Below the pieces are notes generated by a model that saw only the letters and a list, made by a program, of their open reading frames with translations, did not search any database and was not told where the DNA came from. Positions 38,360 to 57,180 of a stretch of DNA of 64,000 nt are shown piece after piece (position 1 is the first letter of the stretch; each line of letters starts with the position of its first letter). A program made the position numbers and the translations under genes. The stretch covers positions 231,384,001 through 231,448,000 of the forward strand of contig OZ024741.1 in NCBI GenBank assembly GCA_964016885.1, given 5' to 3'. The stretch is from Eledone cirrhosa. Its lineage: Eukaryota.

Positions 38360-39335
38360 GTAAGCGTTCCTATAATATATTTCAATTCATGAATTCATAA
38401 TATGAGATTTATTAAATATAATCAAGCCGTATTCATTACAGTATTATTAAGAATATATGTTTCACATTCTATTGTACTTCATGATATGTTTTGTAAATGT
38501 GCCCTAGTATGCATTGTAAAGGCGCAAAAGACACTTTATTTTATATTGCTGTTTCTGCCAGGAGTTGGAGCCAATAGATAGTAGCAATGGGAAGACGAAT
38601 GGAAACATTGTTACTTTGGTGCCATTTAATGAGCTCCATCCCACTTGGTAATTGAATAGATTCTGGGATCTTGTAGATTGAATCCTATCCCTATATACTT
38701 AAAATGTATTTATCACCCAGTTGCATACAACTATGGTATGGCAGATTTAGCTATAAAAGTTTAAGTTGAATATATTTACGATATTTAGAATATATTTTAA
38801 TATATATTCGGAAATATTTTTATATATCGGAAATTAAAACTCATCCAATTCTTCGTTACGTACGGAATACTTATGATAATACAGTTTGGATTATAATCAA
38901 TCATACTTTCCGTTACATAAATAGTTCCAGAAGATATCTTCGTTTCTCAGAGAAAGTTGACAGAAAATAACGTAGTATGGAATTTGAATTGATGAATTAA
39001 ATATTATTGAGGAAATTCCTTATACGAACTTGGTAAAACCGTTTTTATTAACTATGTTATTATACTGAACATATTACCTTCTGTCATTTTTACACATATG
39101 CTATGGAACAACAGATTTATTTAATACAGGAAAAATAACGTGTCTTTGCATTTTAATAGATGACTCTAAACAGTTTTCTGCATATAACAATGGAATATAA
39201 TAATACAAGACATTGGAACAATTATTTTATCAACCATCTCATTTTCGTTCGCTAAATTTTGTCCATGTGTTTACGATATGTTTCGTTATGTATTGTTACA
39301 CCACTAACTTTCTTTAAATTGTTGAACACAAACAC

Positions 39336-39395
<60 letters not shown>

Positions 39396-39614
39396 CTGTG
39401 TTTGTCACTGTGATCTTTAATGCAAAATAATGCTTTCAAATTTCTTTACATTGGGAAAAGATGTAGGACACCTAAGGAAACCGAGGAAGAGAAACCAATG
39501 ATGGGCGGAATAACTGAAATAAGTAAAGATAGAGTTCCAAAAGCAGGAAAAACTGGAAAAATCAAATATAAACCTGTGAAGGAAGACAGAATTGGCATGT
39601 TAAAAAAAAAGAAA

Positions 39615-40170
39615 TATTGAATGAAAATCAGAAAGAGCACTGGGATCTGAAAACCTACAGAAAACTAGCACTAGACAAACACATGAAAATACACCTAGAT
39701 TTAAAGACAATCCTGGGGTTGTACAGATTCCGGAAAAAAAACAAAAGTACCCAGGGATAGAGAGGTAGCTGATGATATAGGCAAACCCGAGATAACTCAA
39801 AAACCCAAAAGTAGACGGATACCTTAGGATGTACAGGTATCTGAATGGACTAAAACACCACGAGGTAGACAAGTACGTGAGGATAAACACCTTTCTCGGG
39901 TGTCTGTTTATCCTCAGACACTTGTCTACTTCGAGGTGTTTTAGTCCATTCAGATACGTGTACATCTTCAGTTACCCGTCTACGTTTGTGCTTTTAAGTT
40001 ATCGCGTGTTTCCCTGTATCATCAGCTACCTCTCTATACCAGAGTATTTTTTTTCCGGTATCTGTACAATCTCAGAATTGTCTTCATATCTGGCTGTATT
40101 TTCATGTGTTTGTCTACTACCAGTGTTCTGTAGGTTTTCAGCTCCCAGTGCTATTTCTGATTTTCGCTTG
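39615..40170. repeat. Fold-back element with ~270-bp diverged arms
   Basis: 39622-39890 is an imperfect reverse complement of 39905-40165; the antisense ORFs 39600..39965 and 39829..40191 are paralogous. Confidence 0.85.
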
Positions 40171-40346
40171 ATTTTGTGTTGTAGGGAATAAAGGTGATAA
40201 AAAGAAGAGTAGAGGAAGAATAATTAGTTACTCGAACACTTTTCTTAAATCCACATTTTTGATCTGCACAGCATATATTAGCAGATAGCGTAAACACTAA
40301 GAATCTTCTTCCCTGGATCTATGTTATACATATTATTGTTACCGTT

Positions 40347-40437
40347 TAACTGTGCCTTTCATCCTTACGGGGTCGATAAAATAAAGTACCAGTAATACAC
40401 TGGGATAATTGCTGGCCTTGTGCCAAAAGTAGAAACA
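40347..40437 (+). mobile_element. 5'-truncated SINE with a 15-bp target-site duplication
   Basis: TSD ATTATTGTTACCGTT at 40332-40346 and 40438-40452; body GCCTTTCATCCTTACGGGGTCGATAAAATAAAGTACCAG. Confidence 0.85.
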
Positions 40438-41689
40438 ATTATTGTTACCGTTCAGCTTCAGGCTACATATAATGCAACATACCTATGATCATATCTTTAG
40501 AGCTTAGGAGAAATTTGCTGGTGATATTATTCTGGTTTTCTGTGCTCTGAGTTAATATCCCGCTGTAATAAAGTTTGCATTTCAATTGAATCCTTTCCGT
40601 CTCGAGAAGTATATTACATTTACATAGTTGTAGATTAGCAGAATTCTAAAAGCCTTGTGGAGGATGTTTTGTGGCGTCTGCTCTCTTCAGTATGAGTACA
40701 ATTTTCGCGAAAACTGGGAAAATGACGACAAAGATAATAGGGATAGCACATAGTTAAAAAATATATGAGGTGAGATCTTTCATGTGAAACCGAATAAATC
40801 TATAGTTGTATGAGTCGTAAACACATTACAGGTGACATAGGATGACAGTTGGTTGAGCAAATACATTAGCACTCCAGTCAGAATTGAAGAAGTATGGTTT
40901 ACATATGTCTTTTTTATTTAAATGTATGATTGTCTGTGTATATATAGTATTTACATAGCACGATATTTGCGATAATTTAATTTTCAAATGTTATAAACAA
41001 TCAGAATGTAGCCGAAGGGATATGTTTTCAACGGAATGGTTTTCAAAATGATATTAACTAAATAATAGAATTTATAATTGAAATTTATAAAACAAATGTG
41101 ATATCAGTTCAGGGGAGAAGGGTTAGAGCTACGAAGCTGTATTTTCTTCCGATAAAGTAAAAAAAAAATGAAAACTTATTGAATGAAAATGTGAAGGGAG
41201 AGCTTAAAATAAATTTGTCTGTGGATAGCCGACTCAAAACCACAAAAAAATGTGTTCATTTTCTATTTGTTTGTTCTTTTCCATAAAGCACCCAACAAAT
41301 GCCAGAAGCAACAACACAGTCATGGGTATGATACAATTGATCTAGCATTACTTATCCCACCAATTATGAGGTACATACAAAATGAAATGGTTATGTGTAC
41401 AAATGTGACTGAGGCTTCGGTAAGAACTCGCATTAAGACGTTAACACTTAAATTTTTATGTATTTTGTTAGTTATTTTATATTGCAAATTTTGACTCATA
41501 GCTTCGCTACTTTTACGTCTTCAAAGATCCCAAAATCTATATCATTGTCTTTTATTCAAGGGAATGTCTAACTAAACACAGAAAAATCTTACTAGAGAAG
41601 TCCTACTTAGAGAATTGGTTTTTAAGTGTATATACCGATATGTATTGCTGACAGAAGCCCTCGCACACGCACACACACAGACACAGACA

Positions 41690-41749
41690 TATATATATAT
41701 GTTTATATATATATATGTGTGTGTTTATATATATATATATGTGTGTGTT

Positions 41750-41780
<31 letters not shown>

Positions 41781-42611
41781 ATATATATATGTTTGTATAT
41801 ATCTATACATGTGTATATGTATATGTGTGTGTATATATATATGTGTGTATATGTGTGTATATGTATATGTGTGTATATATATATGTGTGTATATATATAT
41901 ATGTATATATATATATGTGTATATATAGATATATGTGTATATAGATATATGTGTATATATATATATGTGTATATATATGTGTATATATATGTATATATAT
42001 ATGTGTATATATATGTATATATATATGTATATATATATGTATATATATATGTATATATATATGTATATATATATATGTATATATATATGTATATATATAT
42101 GTGTATATATATGTATATATATATGTATATATATATGTGTATATATATGTGTATATATATGTGTATATATATGTGTGTATATATATGTGTATATATATGT
42201 GTATATATATGTGTATATATATGTGTATATATATGTATATATATGTGTATATATATGTGTATATATATATATGTTTATATATATGTTTATGTATATGTTT
42301 ATATATATGTATATATATATGTTTATATATATGTGTATATATATGTGTATATATATGTATATATATATGTGTATATATATGTGTATATATATGTATATAT
42401 ATATGTGTATATATATGTATATATATATGTATATATATATGTATATATATATGTGTATATATATGTGTATATATATGTGTATATATATATATGTTTATAT
42501 ATGTGTATATATATATATGTTTATATTTATGTATATATATATGTGTATATATATGTATATATATATATATATGTATATATATGTATATATATATATATAT
42601 GTATATATATG

Positions 42612-42644
<33 letters not shown>

Positions 42645-42695
42645 GTATATATATGTATATATATATATATATGTATATATATGTGTATAATATAT
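41690..42695. repeat. (TA)n/(TG)-interrupted microsatellite array
   Basis: Direct inspection. Confidence 0.95.
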
Positions 42696-42696
42696 A

Positions 42697-43101
42697 TAAG
42701 GAGGAGGTTATAGTTCACTTGAAGCATTGTGTAATGAGGTATAAACGTTTGTATATGTATAATAAAGCCAAAACAATGCAGGTATGGACATAGAATAAAG
42801 AATGCAAATGCAAAAGATATTGTTGACAATTAGTCTTTTACCTTAGATTTATTTAAATGTCCTTAATTTTCGAGATAATATCTCTTCTTCGGAGGGAAGT
42901 AAAGCGGTTAAACTAGTTTAACCGCTTAAACTGGTTTAACCGCTTTACTTCCCTCCGAAGAAGAGATATTATCTCGAAAATTAAGGACATTTAAATAAAT
43001 CTAAGGTAAAACACTAATTGTCAACGATAGCTTTTGCATTTGCATTCTTTATTCTATGTCCATACCTGCATTGTTTTGGCTTTATTATACATATACAAAC
43101 G

Positions 43102-43110
<9 letters not shown>
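42697..43110. repeat. Fold-back PLE terminus with a minimal HHR-like motif in each arm (42952-42986 +, 42861-42895 -)
   Basis: 42740-42913 is inverted at 42934-43107. Motif CCT-CCGAAGA-A-GAGAT att ATCTC-GAAAATTA-AGG. Confidence 0.8.
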
Positions 43111-43150
<40 letters not shown>

Positions 43151-43153
<3 letters not shown>

Positions 43154-45368
43154 ATACAAAAACAGTAATAAATACGGAAAGTCAAATTCATAAGGTACCT
43201 GGAAATAAACACCTCTGGCCAGTCAAGAGTAAATATGTAATACAATAACAGAGATAGTTTGAAGCTAAACTCCGACAGGTAACCATCCCACTCAACAAAC
43301 ATTAGGTTGTATTAAAATATAAACCCAATTTAAGTGTTTGGGGTGCTAAACTCTGACTGGTAACCATCTCACTGAAATTCCAGCAGTTTTTGACTGAGGA
43401 AGTATCATAGCGACACGAAGCGTGAAGGGGAGACAACCCACGAAATGAGGAATAAAAAAATAATATACACGCGGGTTAATTAGTTTTTTTGAAAACATTA
43501 TCAATCCGACGTGTTTAAGAATTCAATTGATAATAAAAAAAATAAATATATGCTTGTATAAATTACACACGCATATAGATATTTTCTTAGGCTAAATCAG
43601 AAGTTTGGGAGAATGTTTCCAGTTTATGTAGAAGCCTAATATATATTCATGTAGGAATATATTTAGGTGGGCACTTATAAATCGTCAGTGGAAGCCCATT
43701 AAACATTGAATATAAGAAAACAAATTTCTTACCGCTGTCAAAAATCATGTCCGTACAGTAGTCTCTCTCACATCGAATGACCGCCAAACTTGAAATACCA
43801 GCAGTTTTTGACTGAGGAAGTATCATAGCGACACGAAGCGGGAAGGGGAGACAACCCACGAAATGAGGAAAAAAAAAATAATATACACGCGGCTTAATTA
43901 GTTTTTTTGAAAACATTATCAATCCGACGTGTTTAAGAACTCAATTGAAAATAAAAAAATAAATATATGCTTGTATAAATTACACACGCATATAGATATT
44001 TTCTTAGGCTAAATCAGAAGTTGTACCCGAATAAGAACCGCTTCTCATAACCGCAGTAAATGCAGAAAGTTATGTTATAAAGGGCAAATGGGAATATAAT
44101 TCTCCGGCCGAATTAAGAGTAAAATATAAAACACACGCGGGTTAATTAGTTATTTCAAAACCAATATCAATTCCTCGTGTAAAGAACTCAATTAATAAAA
44201 GAAAATAAATACATATATGCATGTAATTATATACGTAGGCATATATATATATATTCTTAGGCTAAAAAACAGAAGTTACAACCAAAAAAAGCCACACTAT
44301 TTCACAACAGTAATAAATACGGAAAGTCAAATTCATACGGTACCTGGAATTAAACACCTCTGGCCAATCAAGAGTACATATTTAATACAATAACAGAGAT
44401 AGTTTAAAGCTAAATTCTGACTGGTAACCATCTCTCTCAACAAACATTAGGTTATATTAAAATATAAACCCAATTTAAGTGTTTGGGGTGCGAACAATAT
44501 GTATAATGTGGAAAAACCAGTTGTATTATTTTATGAGATATAATTAAAGTTAAAGTATATCTCTCTTTCCAAACAATTGATTCATTATAAGTTTTCTACA
44601 AGTTTGGGAGAATGTTTCCAGTTTATGTAGAAGCCTAATATATATTCATGTAGGAATATATTTAGGTGGGCACTTATAAATCGTCAGTGGAAGCCCATTA
44701 AACATTGAATATAAGAAAACAAATTTCTTACCGCTGTCAAAAATCATATCCGTACAGTAGTCTCTCTCACATCGAATGACCGCCAACTTTGAAATTCCAG
44801 CAGTTTTTTACTGAGGAAGTATCATAGCGACACGAAGCGGGAAGGGGAGACAACCCAAGAAATGAGGAAAAAAAAAATTATATACACGCGGCTTAATTAG
44901 TTTTTTTGAAAACATTATCAATCCGACGTGTTTAAGAACTCAATTGATAATAAAATAATAAATATATGCTTGTATAAATTACACACGCATATAGATATTT
45001 TCTTAGGCTAAATCAGAAGTTGTACTCGAATAAGAAACGCTTCTCATAACCGCAGTAAATGCAGAAAGTTATGTTATAAAGGGCAAATGGGAATATAATT
45101 CTCCGGCCGAATTAAGAGTAAAATATAAAACACACGCGGGTTAATTAGTTATTTCAAAACCAATATCAATTCCTCGTGTAAAGAACTCAATTAATAAAAG
45201 AAAATAAATACATATATGCATGTAATTATATACGTAGGCATATATATATATTTTCTTAGGCTAAAAAACAAAGAAGTTACAACCAAAAAAAGCCACAATA
45301 TTTCACAACAGTTATAAATACGGAAAGTCAAATTCATACGGTACCTGGAAATAAACACCTCTGGCCAA
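43151..45368 (-). mobile_element. Minus-strand tandem array of the ~1-kb HHR unit (period 999 nt), with rearranged partial copies; HHR at 44567-44692
   Basis: Reverse complement of the 12314-13612 unit. ATCGTCAGTGGAAG occurs at 43681 and 44680. The HHR core reads CTGACGA...GAATC (A15.1 mutated). Confidence 0.85.
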
Positions 45369-45401
45369 ATGTATATATATATGTATATATATATGTATAT
45401 A

Positions 45402-45528
<127 letters not shown>

Positions 45529-45627
45529 GTTTATATATATGTATATATGTATATATATTTATGTATATATATATATATAGATATATATGTATATATATAT
45601 ATATGTTTGTATATATGTATATATATG

Positions 45628-45754
<127 letters not shown>

Positions 45755-45768
45755 GTATATATATATAC

Positions 45769-45801
<33 letters not shown>

Positions 45802-45802
45802 T

Positions 45803-48800
45803 AAGGATTAAAATACTGGAGCGTGTTGGAGTTAAACACCCTCTTCGTATTATAGAAATGACAGTAAACGGTATAGCTCAATGCAGTTAAACAGCCAAAA
45901 AATTAATAGAGTAAAACAAAGAAGCCTTTAATACATCAAAAGTTTTTATTAGCCGACAATGTTTCGTCATCCATAAGTTAACCCACTGGACTCGTAATAA
46001 GTTAACCCACCATAAGTTAACCCACCATAAGTTAACCCATCCATAAGTTAACCCACCGGACTCGTAATAGCAAATATAATACCTCTAGGAGACAAGTTGA
46101 ACCCCCTGTGCGCTCACGCATTGGTGATGGTTTTGCTGGATCTTATTCTAAAAATGTTGCTCCTACTGATCCTATCATTGGCCCTAATCCTTTTGAAGGG
46201 ATTCCGGACAGCAGCAGATCTACTGGAGGTAGAAACTATAATAGACATAATGAAATTATGGCTGATTCTATGAATGTGGCTTTAACTAATCCTTGTAGTA
46301 ACCCTAGTCTCGATGGTGGGACATTTGATAAAGGTAGGGTCGGTAAGAATAAAAATAGAAGGCTATTAAATACTTATTTTAACCCGCCATATAATCAGGA
46401 TGTATCAACTAATATCCCTAGGTCTTTCTTCACTATCTTAGAGAAAAATGTCCCCCCTTCTCATAAATACCATGGTATTTTTAATAAAAATGTTATTAAA
46501 CTCTCATTCTCTACCACCCCTAATATTAGTTCTCATTTAGCTAGTACTAATAATAGGAAAATTAGGGATGGATTCTCCTCTCTACATACTACTAGTCTGA
46601 ACGGATCTGACAATGCTTTACCACCAGAACAGTCCTTATCTAATAGAAATCCTACGTGTAATACATCACCACTCGAGCCAACCAATAACACCCGGAAGTG
46701 CAATTGTAGAGTGAGTTCTAACTGCCCTTTAAACGGTAACTGCCTTTCTAAGAACATTGTCTACGCTTGCGAAGTTATAACTAATTCCTCTAATAGAACT
46801 TATATAGGATCTACTTCAAACACTTTTAAGACTAGGTTTAACTCTCATACCTCTAACTTCAAACATGTTAGGTTTAAGAATTCTACTTCTTTAGCGCATT
46901 ATATCTGGGCTCTTAAGGGAGCTAATATACCATATAGCTTTAACTGGCGTTTAGTAGCACGCTCTAACCACCTTTCTACACATACTAAGTTTTGTAATCT
47001 CTGTATCCTTGAGACACACTCTATAATTTTCTCTAGCGTTTCCTTACTTAATAGAAAGTCTGAGATATTCTCTTCTTGCCCCCACGCTATTTCTAATTCT
47101 TACTTTTATTATAAACCCAAACGTTCTAGTAGTACAAATTGTACCCATTAGCAGATATATTCCATTACTTATTTTTTAGTTTAGGTTCTTTTGTTTGCCA
47201 ACATTATTGTTATCATCATTATTACCATTGGTTTTTGATGACTCTTTATTCTAGCTCTCATAATCATTTGGCTACTGTACCATATCTGTCTTCTTACGCA
47301 TTATATTTTCACTATTACACCTTGTGAATATATATAAGATTACACACTTTACGCCATTTACTTTATTTTATTATTATCTTCATTTTTATTTTTATTTTTA
47401 TTTTTTATTTTATTTTTTATTTTATTTTTATTTTTAGTTTTATTCAGATTCATCTTCGGATAACCCCCCCCCCCCCATGCACACGTAAACTTATTGTCAA
47501 CCCCTCCAAATTGACTATGATTATATTTAAACCCCCCCCCCCTCTTTTACGCTCCGTTCTATTATTTATTATAGTATATCGACTATATTTTATGCCCCTT
47601 TGCATCCTCCATATATTTCTTCAATTCTGTCCCCATTAGCCTACCTTAATTCTACTTAAATCAGTTTTTTAGATATCATTATGTATATGATAGAAAAAAA
47701 TTTCATTCCTTTTTGTAAACATTTGTAACGAAACATTAAAGTTTATAAACTTTAATGACTTAAATTATAGCTAATATTATACTACCTTATTGGATAGTTT
47801 TAAAATTGTTAATATTAATTTATCAAATAGGGTTTTGAGTCATTTACAGGGATTGTTTTCCTTAGTTTTTACCTAACTACTTAACCGCATGTGAGACCTA
47901 AATGTATATATTTGTTTTTGTTTTGTAATTTCCGGTTGATTATATTTATTTATTTTATTCTATATTTTATAATCTATTTACTATTCACTGTCTGGCATTT
48001 ACTTACACATCCACATATGTCTGTCTGCAAACCTTATAAGTATTTATATATTATTTTATGTCAATTTATTTTATATAATATATTATATTATATTGTATTG
48101 TAATATTGTAATATTGATCCTTATTACTTACTGTTCATTATATGTAACATTATGATATTTAAACTTTATATATCATGTAAGATGTCTGTATTTTTTCTGT
48201 ACCATCATAATTTTTTTCTGTACCATCATAATATTTTTTTGAGTATTGTATAATTTATTTTTCCTTATTTACTCTGTAACCCAGTATGAATCGATTTGTA
48301 TATATTGTTTATTGTAAATGTTAGTACATTGTTAACATATTATTATTATATTATTATTGTGACATCTATATTGTTTGTGTATATTAACCGGGGATTATCT
48401 ATTATATTGAATTATATAATTTTATTGTTTATTATTTATTATATGTGTTTCTTGTAATTATATCATATTATTACCTAATGTATATTGGGTAGATGTATTG
48501 GTATTATTATTATTATTATTTTCACTCTTATCATGCTTATTTTTATATTCAAACTCCTAATAAGGTTTAATTTGTGTAGTTGAAGATAGATGTGCGTATT
48601 GTTGTATGTGTGTGTGTGTGTGCGTGTGCGCACATATATACATGTACATATTGTATCTTTTTATTGTAATTTTAATGTTGGTAAAGGTATATTATTATAA
48701 TGTATTATGTTATATTACATTGTGTTATATATAATTCCTGCTCTATATAACCACCTTTGTTTAGCTTTAGGTTATTTGCTTTGGACTATATTTGTAATAT

Positions 48801-49045
48801 GGTTCTTAATGTTATATACATCCTTAGTTATACTTATTATATATTTTTATTATTTTTATTTTAATTATATATTTTTGCAAGACTTTAGTGTATGTACACT
48901 CCATATTCTTCGGAGCTTCCGGCTTGTATCTGCCGATATTACTTCTTGTTGTTTTAATTGCCCTGATGAGTCCTTAATAGGACGAAACATTGTCGGCTAA
49001 TAAAAACCGTTGATGTATTAAAAGCTTCTTTGTTTTACGCTCTTA

Positions 49046-49047
<2 letters not shown>
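45803..49047 (+). mobile_element. 5'-truncated Penelope-like element with an inverted terminal copy at its 5' end; GIY-YIG ORF 46108-47151
   Basis: YFNPPY, CNCRVSSNCPLNGNC, NIVYAC...TYIGST...FKTRFNSH and CNLC. 45903-45968 is the reverse complement of the 3' end 48981-49047. Confidence 0.92.
48960..48997 (+). ncRNA. Minimal type I hammerhead ribozyme (canonical core)
   Basis: GCC-CTGATGA-GTCCT taat AGGAC-GAAAC-ATT-GTC|GGC. Confidence 0.88.
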
Positions 49048-53278
<4,231 letters not shown>

Positions 53279-54552
53279 AACTTAACACACTTTCAGATAA
53301 TTACCCTCCATAAACTCTTATTATTCTCTTTTTAATTACCCTTTCTGACTTACTTTCATTTATAGCCTTGTCATTAATTTCATTTAATTTTATTTTTATT
53401 ATTTGTTTATTTTTATTTTTATTTTTATTTTTTTTATTTTTGCGCAGCCAATCTTACAATTTTATATTTGTACTTACTTAGCCACAAGTTTTTTACACCC
53501 TGTATCAATATGGCTGAACGTCTTAATGTGTGTATACTTTCTATATATGTACATGAGCGACTACGTATGTGCGCGCGCGTGCGTGTATCTATATCTCTCT
53601 ATATATATCTATGTATATATATATGTGGGTGTATGTATATGTGTATGCGTACGTGTATGTGTCTTTATATCCGTGTTCTTGACATCTAGGTTTTATGTTT
53701 TGTTCCTCTTTTCTTCTCCCCCCCCCCTTTTTTACTTACTCATTTTTATGCGTGTGCATGCAAACAGGTCAATATGCGCGAGTGTAAGTATGTGTGTGTG
53801 TGTGTGTGTGTGTGTGTACGTATCGAACGTATGGATGTGTAAGTGTGCGTGTGTATATAAGCTGTATATTTTTGCGTATCTTTTGTGAGATATGCGTGTC
53901 TGTGTATGTATGTACCCGTTTTGTCTTCTTTTCTTTAATTTTTTCTTTCTAAATTTTTTGTTTCTAAATTATTGTTCCATTTTTATAAATATATCGAGAT
54001 TGATACTTTCCTTTAATTAGTACACTCCCTTACCTCTTTTACTTCCGCATCTAAGTGTACGTGTGTGTAGGTGTGTTTATGCGCGCGCCTTCATATTCAT
54101 ATTCTTATGATGTATCTATTCTGTCTGTAGATTACAGACAAACAGATACATTTGCCCTAAATTTTATATTTACGCACACTTTTTCACTATACGTATACAT
54201 ATGTGCATACACATATATGCACATCTGTGAGCGTATATACATACATATACACACACCTAAATATATTTCTTGAAAGATTATTATATATTTCATATTCTAA
54301 TTCATTTGTCTATATCTTTTTTTTTTTTATTTTCTTGACGAGACTTTCCAAGTATTTACCCATGTTTTATATTGCCTCGTCTGACGAACGAATGAAGACG
54401 CTTCTTTCGTATTCGCCTCATTCGGGAAACCTCTGGTAATGAGGTAATTATATTGTATTGATTTTTATACATTAAATTTTGCTCTGGTACTTACATAGAG
54501 CACTCTTCACTTCTATGACCTTTTCTGTTTTCAACGGAAATTTCAATACCGA
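53279..54552 (+). mobile_element. Non-coding PLE tail/pLTR copy 1; copy 2 at 56835-58292
   Basis: Both copies start AAACTTAACACACTTTCAGATAATTA and end CAACGGAAATTTCAATACC plus (TA)n. The terminus also occurs inverted at ~31000-31080. Confidence 0.8.
54371..54448 (+). ncRNA. Full type I hammerhead ribozyme with a canonical core
   Basis: ATTGCCTCGT-CTGACGA-A-CGAATGA...TCATTCG-G-GAAACC tct GGTA|ATGAGGTAAT, with a 10-bp stem I and a GUA site at 54436-54438. Confidence 0.85.
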
Positions 54553-54649
54553 TATATATATATGTATATATATGTATATATATGTATATATATATATGTA
54601 TATATATATATGTATATATATATGTATATATATATATGTATATATATGT

Positions 54650-54749
<100 letters not shown>

Positions 54750-54796
54750 GTATATATATATGTATATATATATATGTATATATATATATGTATACA

Positions 54797-55291
54797 TAAA
54801 TTATTAAAAAAATTATGAATAAACAAAGAAACAGTTCCTTATATTAAACCAAAACAGTTCATTATTTTACGATCGTTTCTAGGACATATATGTGTTAGAA
54901 TTGGTATGCATATTCAAAAGATCTACGTACAAAATTATACAAACTATCAGAGTGAATATACATACCTTCACATATATATGCTGTCTTCAGAAATAATGAT
55001 GCTTGTTTATTGATAATAACAACAATTCAAAATAATAGCTCTGTTTGGGAACAGATTTTAAGTAGACCAATGAAATAAAGATTGAGATACATAAAAATTT
55101 ATCAACAAAATACAGTTAGGTGCGTATATATGTATGTAAATACGCTCACAGATGTGCATAAAAGTGTATGCTCATATGTATACGTATAGTGAAAAAGTGT
55201 ATGTAAATATAAAATTTAGGGCTAATGTATCTGTATGTCTGTAATCAACAGACAAAATATATATATATATAAAAATACATATGTATGCATA

Positions 55292-55364
<73 letters not shown>

Positions 55365-55525
55365 GTATGTGTAGAGATGTGTGTATGTATGTGTATATAT
55401 GTGTGTATGTATGTGTATATATGTGTATATGTGTCTGACTGTGTACATATGTGTGTGTATGTCTATATATATATATATGTATGTCTGAGTGTGTGTGTGG
55501 TTGTATATATACATGGGTATGTGTG

Positions 55526-55556
<31 letters not shown>

Positions 55557-56635
55557 ATATATAGGTGTATATTTATATGTATGGGTATATGTTTTACGTA
55601 TTTTTATGTGTGTGCATACAAACAGGTCAATATGCGTGAGTGTAAGTATGCGTATGTGTGTGTGTATGTATGTACGTATCGAACGTATGGATGTGAAATG
55701 TGCGTGTGTATACAAGCATGTATATTTTATGTCTCTCTTTTATGTTTTTTTTATGTTTCTTTTGTGAGTCATGCGTGTCTGTGTATGTACGTACCAGCCC
55801 CCCTTTTTTTGTCTTTTTTTGTCTTCTTTTCTTGAGTTTTTTTCCTTCTATAAAAATGTTTTTTTATTTTTTTATTTCTAATTTATGAATACATTTTTAT
55901 AAGTATGTCGAGATTGACACTTTCCTTTAATTACTATACTCCCTTACCTCTTTTACTTCCGCATCTAAATGTAAGTGTGTGTGGGCGTGTTTATGTGAGC
56001 GCCTCAATATTCATATACTTATGATGTATATATATATATATTTTGTCTGTTGATTACAGACATACAGATACATTAGCCCTAAATTTTATATTTACGTTCA
56101 CTTTTTCACTATACGTATACATATGAGCATACACTTTTATGCACATCTGTGAGCGAATTTACATACATATATACACACCTAACTGTATTTTCTTGATACA
56201 TTTTTATGTATCTCAATCTTTATTTCATTGGTCTATTTAAAATCTGTTCCCAAACAGACCTATTATTTTGAATTGTTGTTATTATCAATAAACAAGCATC
56301 ATTATTTCTGAAGACAGCATATATATGTGAAGGTATGTATATTCACTCTGATAGTTTGTATACTTTTGTACATAGATCTTTTGAATATGCATACCAATTC
56401 TAACACATATATGTCCTAGAAACGATCGTAAAATAATGAACTTTTTTTGTTTAATATAAGGAACTGTTTCTTTGTTTATTCATTATTTTTTTAATAATTT
56501 ATTTTGACTCTGTTTTCCGTTTATCTTTCACCGAAAGTGATTTTTGAATGCATCTCTTCTTTTCATGATATCCGGATTATATTGAGTTCTTCATCCGGAG
56601 TGGACACTACCAGAAACTTTTGGTAGATTTATCTA
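54797..56635. mobile_element. Fold-back non-autonomous PLE-like element with ~460-bp arms
   Basis: 54797-55270 is inverted at 56030-56501. The interior 55600-56180 is homologous to 53740-54260. Confidence 0.8.
56299..56439 (+). ncRNA. Type I hammerhead ribozyme with a 104-nt stem II; mirror copy at 54859-54999 (-)
   Basis: TCATTATTT-CTGAAGA-...CATATATATGTG..GGTATG TATATTCA...TGAATATG CATACC..CACATATATG...-GAAAC-GATC-GTA|AAATAATGA, with a 9-bp stem I. Confidence 0.78.
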
Positions 56636-56641
56636 CATATG

Positions 56642-56680
<39 letters not shown>

Positions 56681-56705
56681 GTATATATATGTATATATAT
56701 ATATG

Positions 56706-56757
<52 letters not shown>

Positions 56758-57138
56758 TATGTATATGTATATATGTATATGTATATATGTATATATATAT
56801 ATATATGAAATCACACCTGCTTTCCAGCTCATATAAACTTAACACACTTTCAGATAATTATCCTCCATAAACTCTTATTATTCTCTTTTTAATTACCCTT
56901 TCTGACTTACTTTCATTTTTACCCTTGTCATTAATTTCATTTATTTTTATTTTTATTATTTTATTATTTTTACTTTTATTTTTATTTTTTTATTTTTGCA
57001 CAGCCAATCTTACAATTTTATATTTGTACTTACTTATCCACAAGTTTTTTACACCCTGTATCAATATGTCTGAACGCCTTAATGTGTGTATACTTTCTAT
57101 ATATGTACATGAGCGACTACGTATGTGCTTGCGCGTGC

Positions 57139-57180
<42 letters not shown>

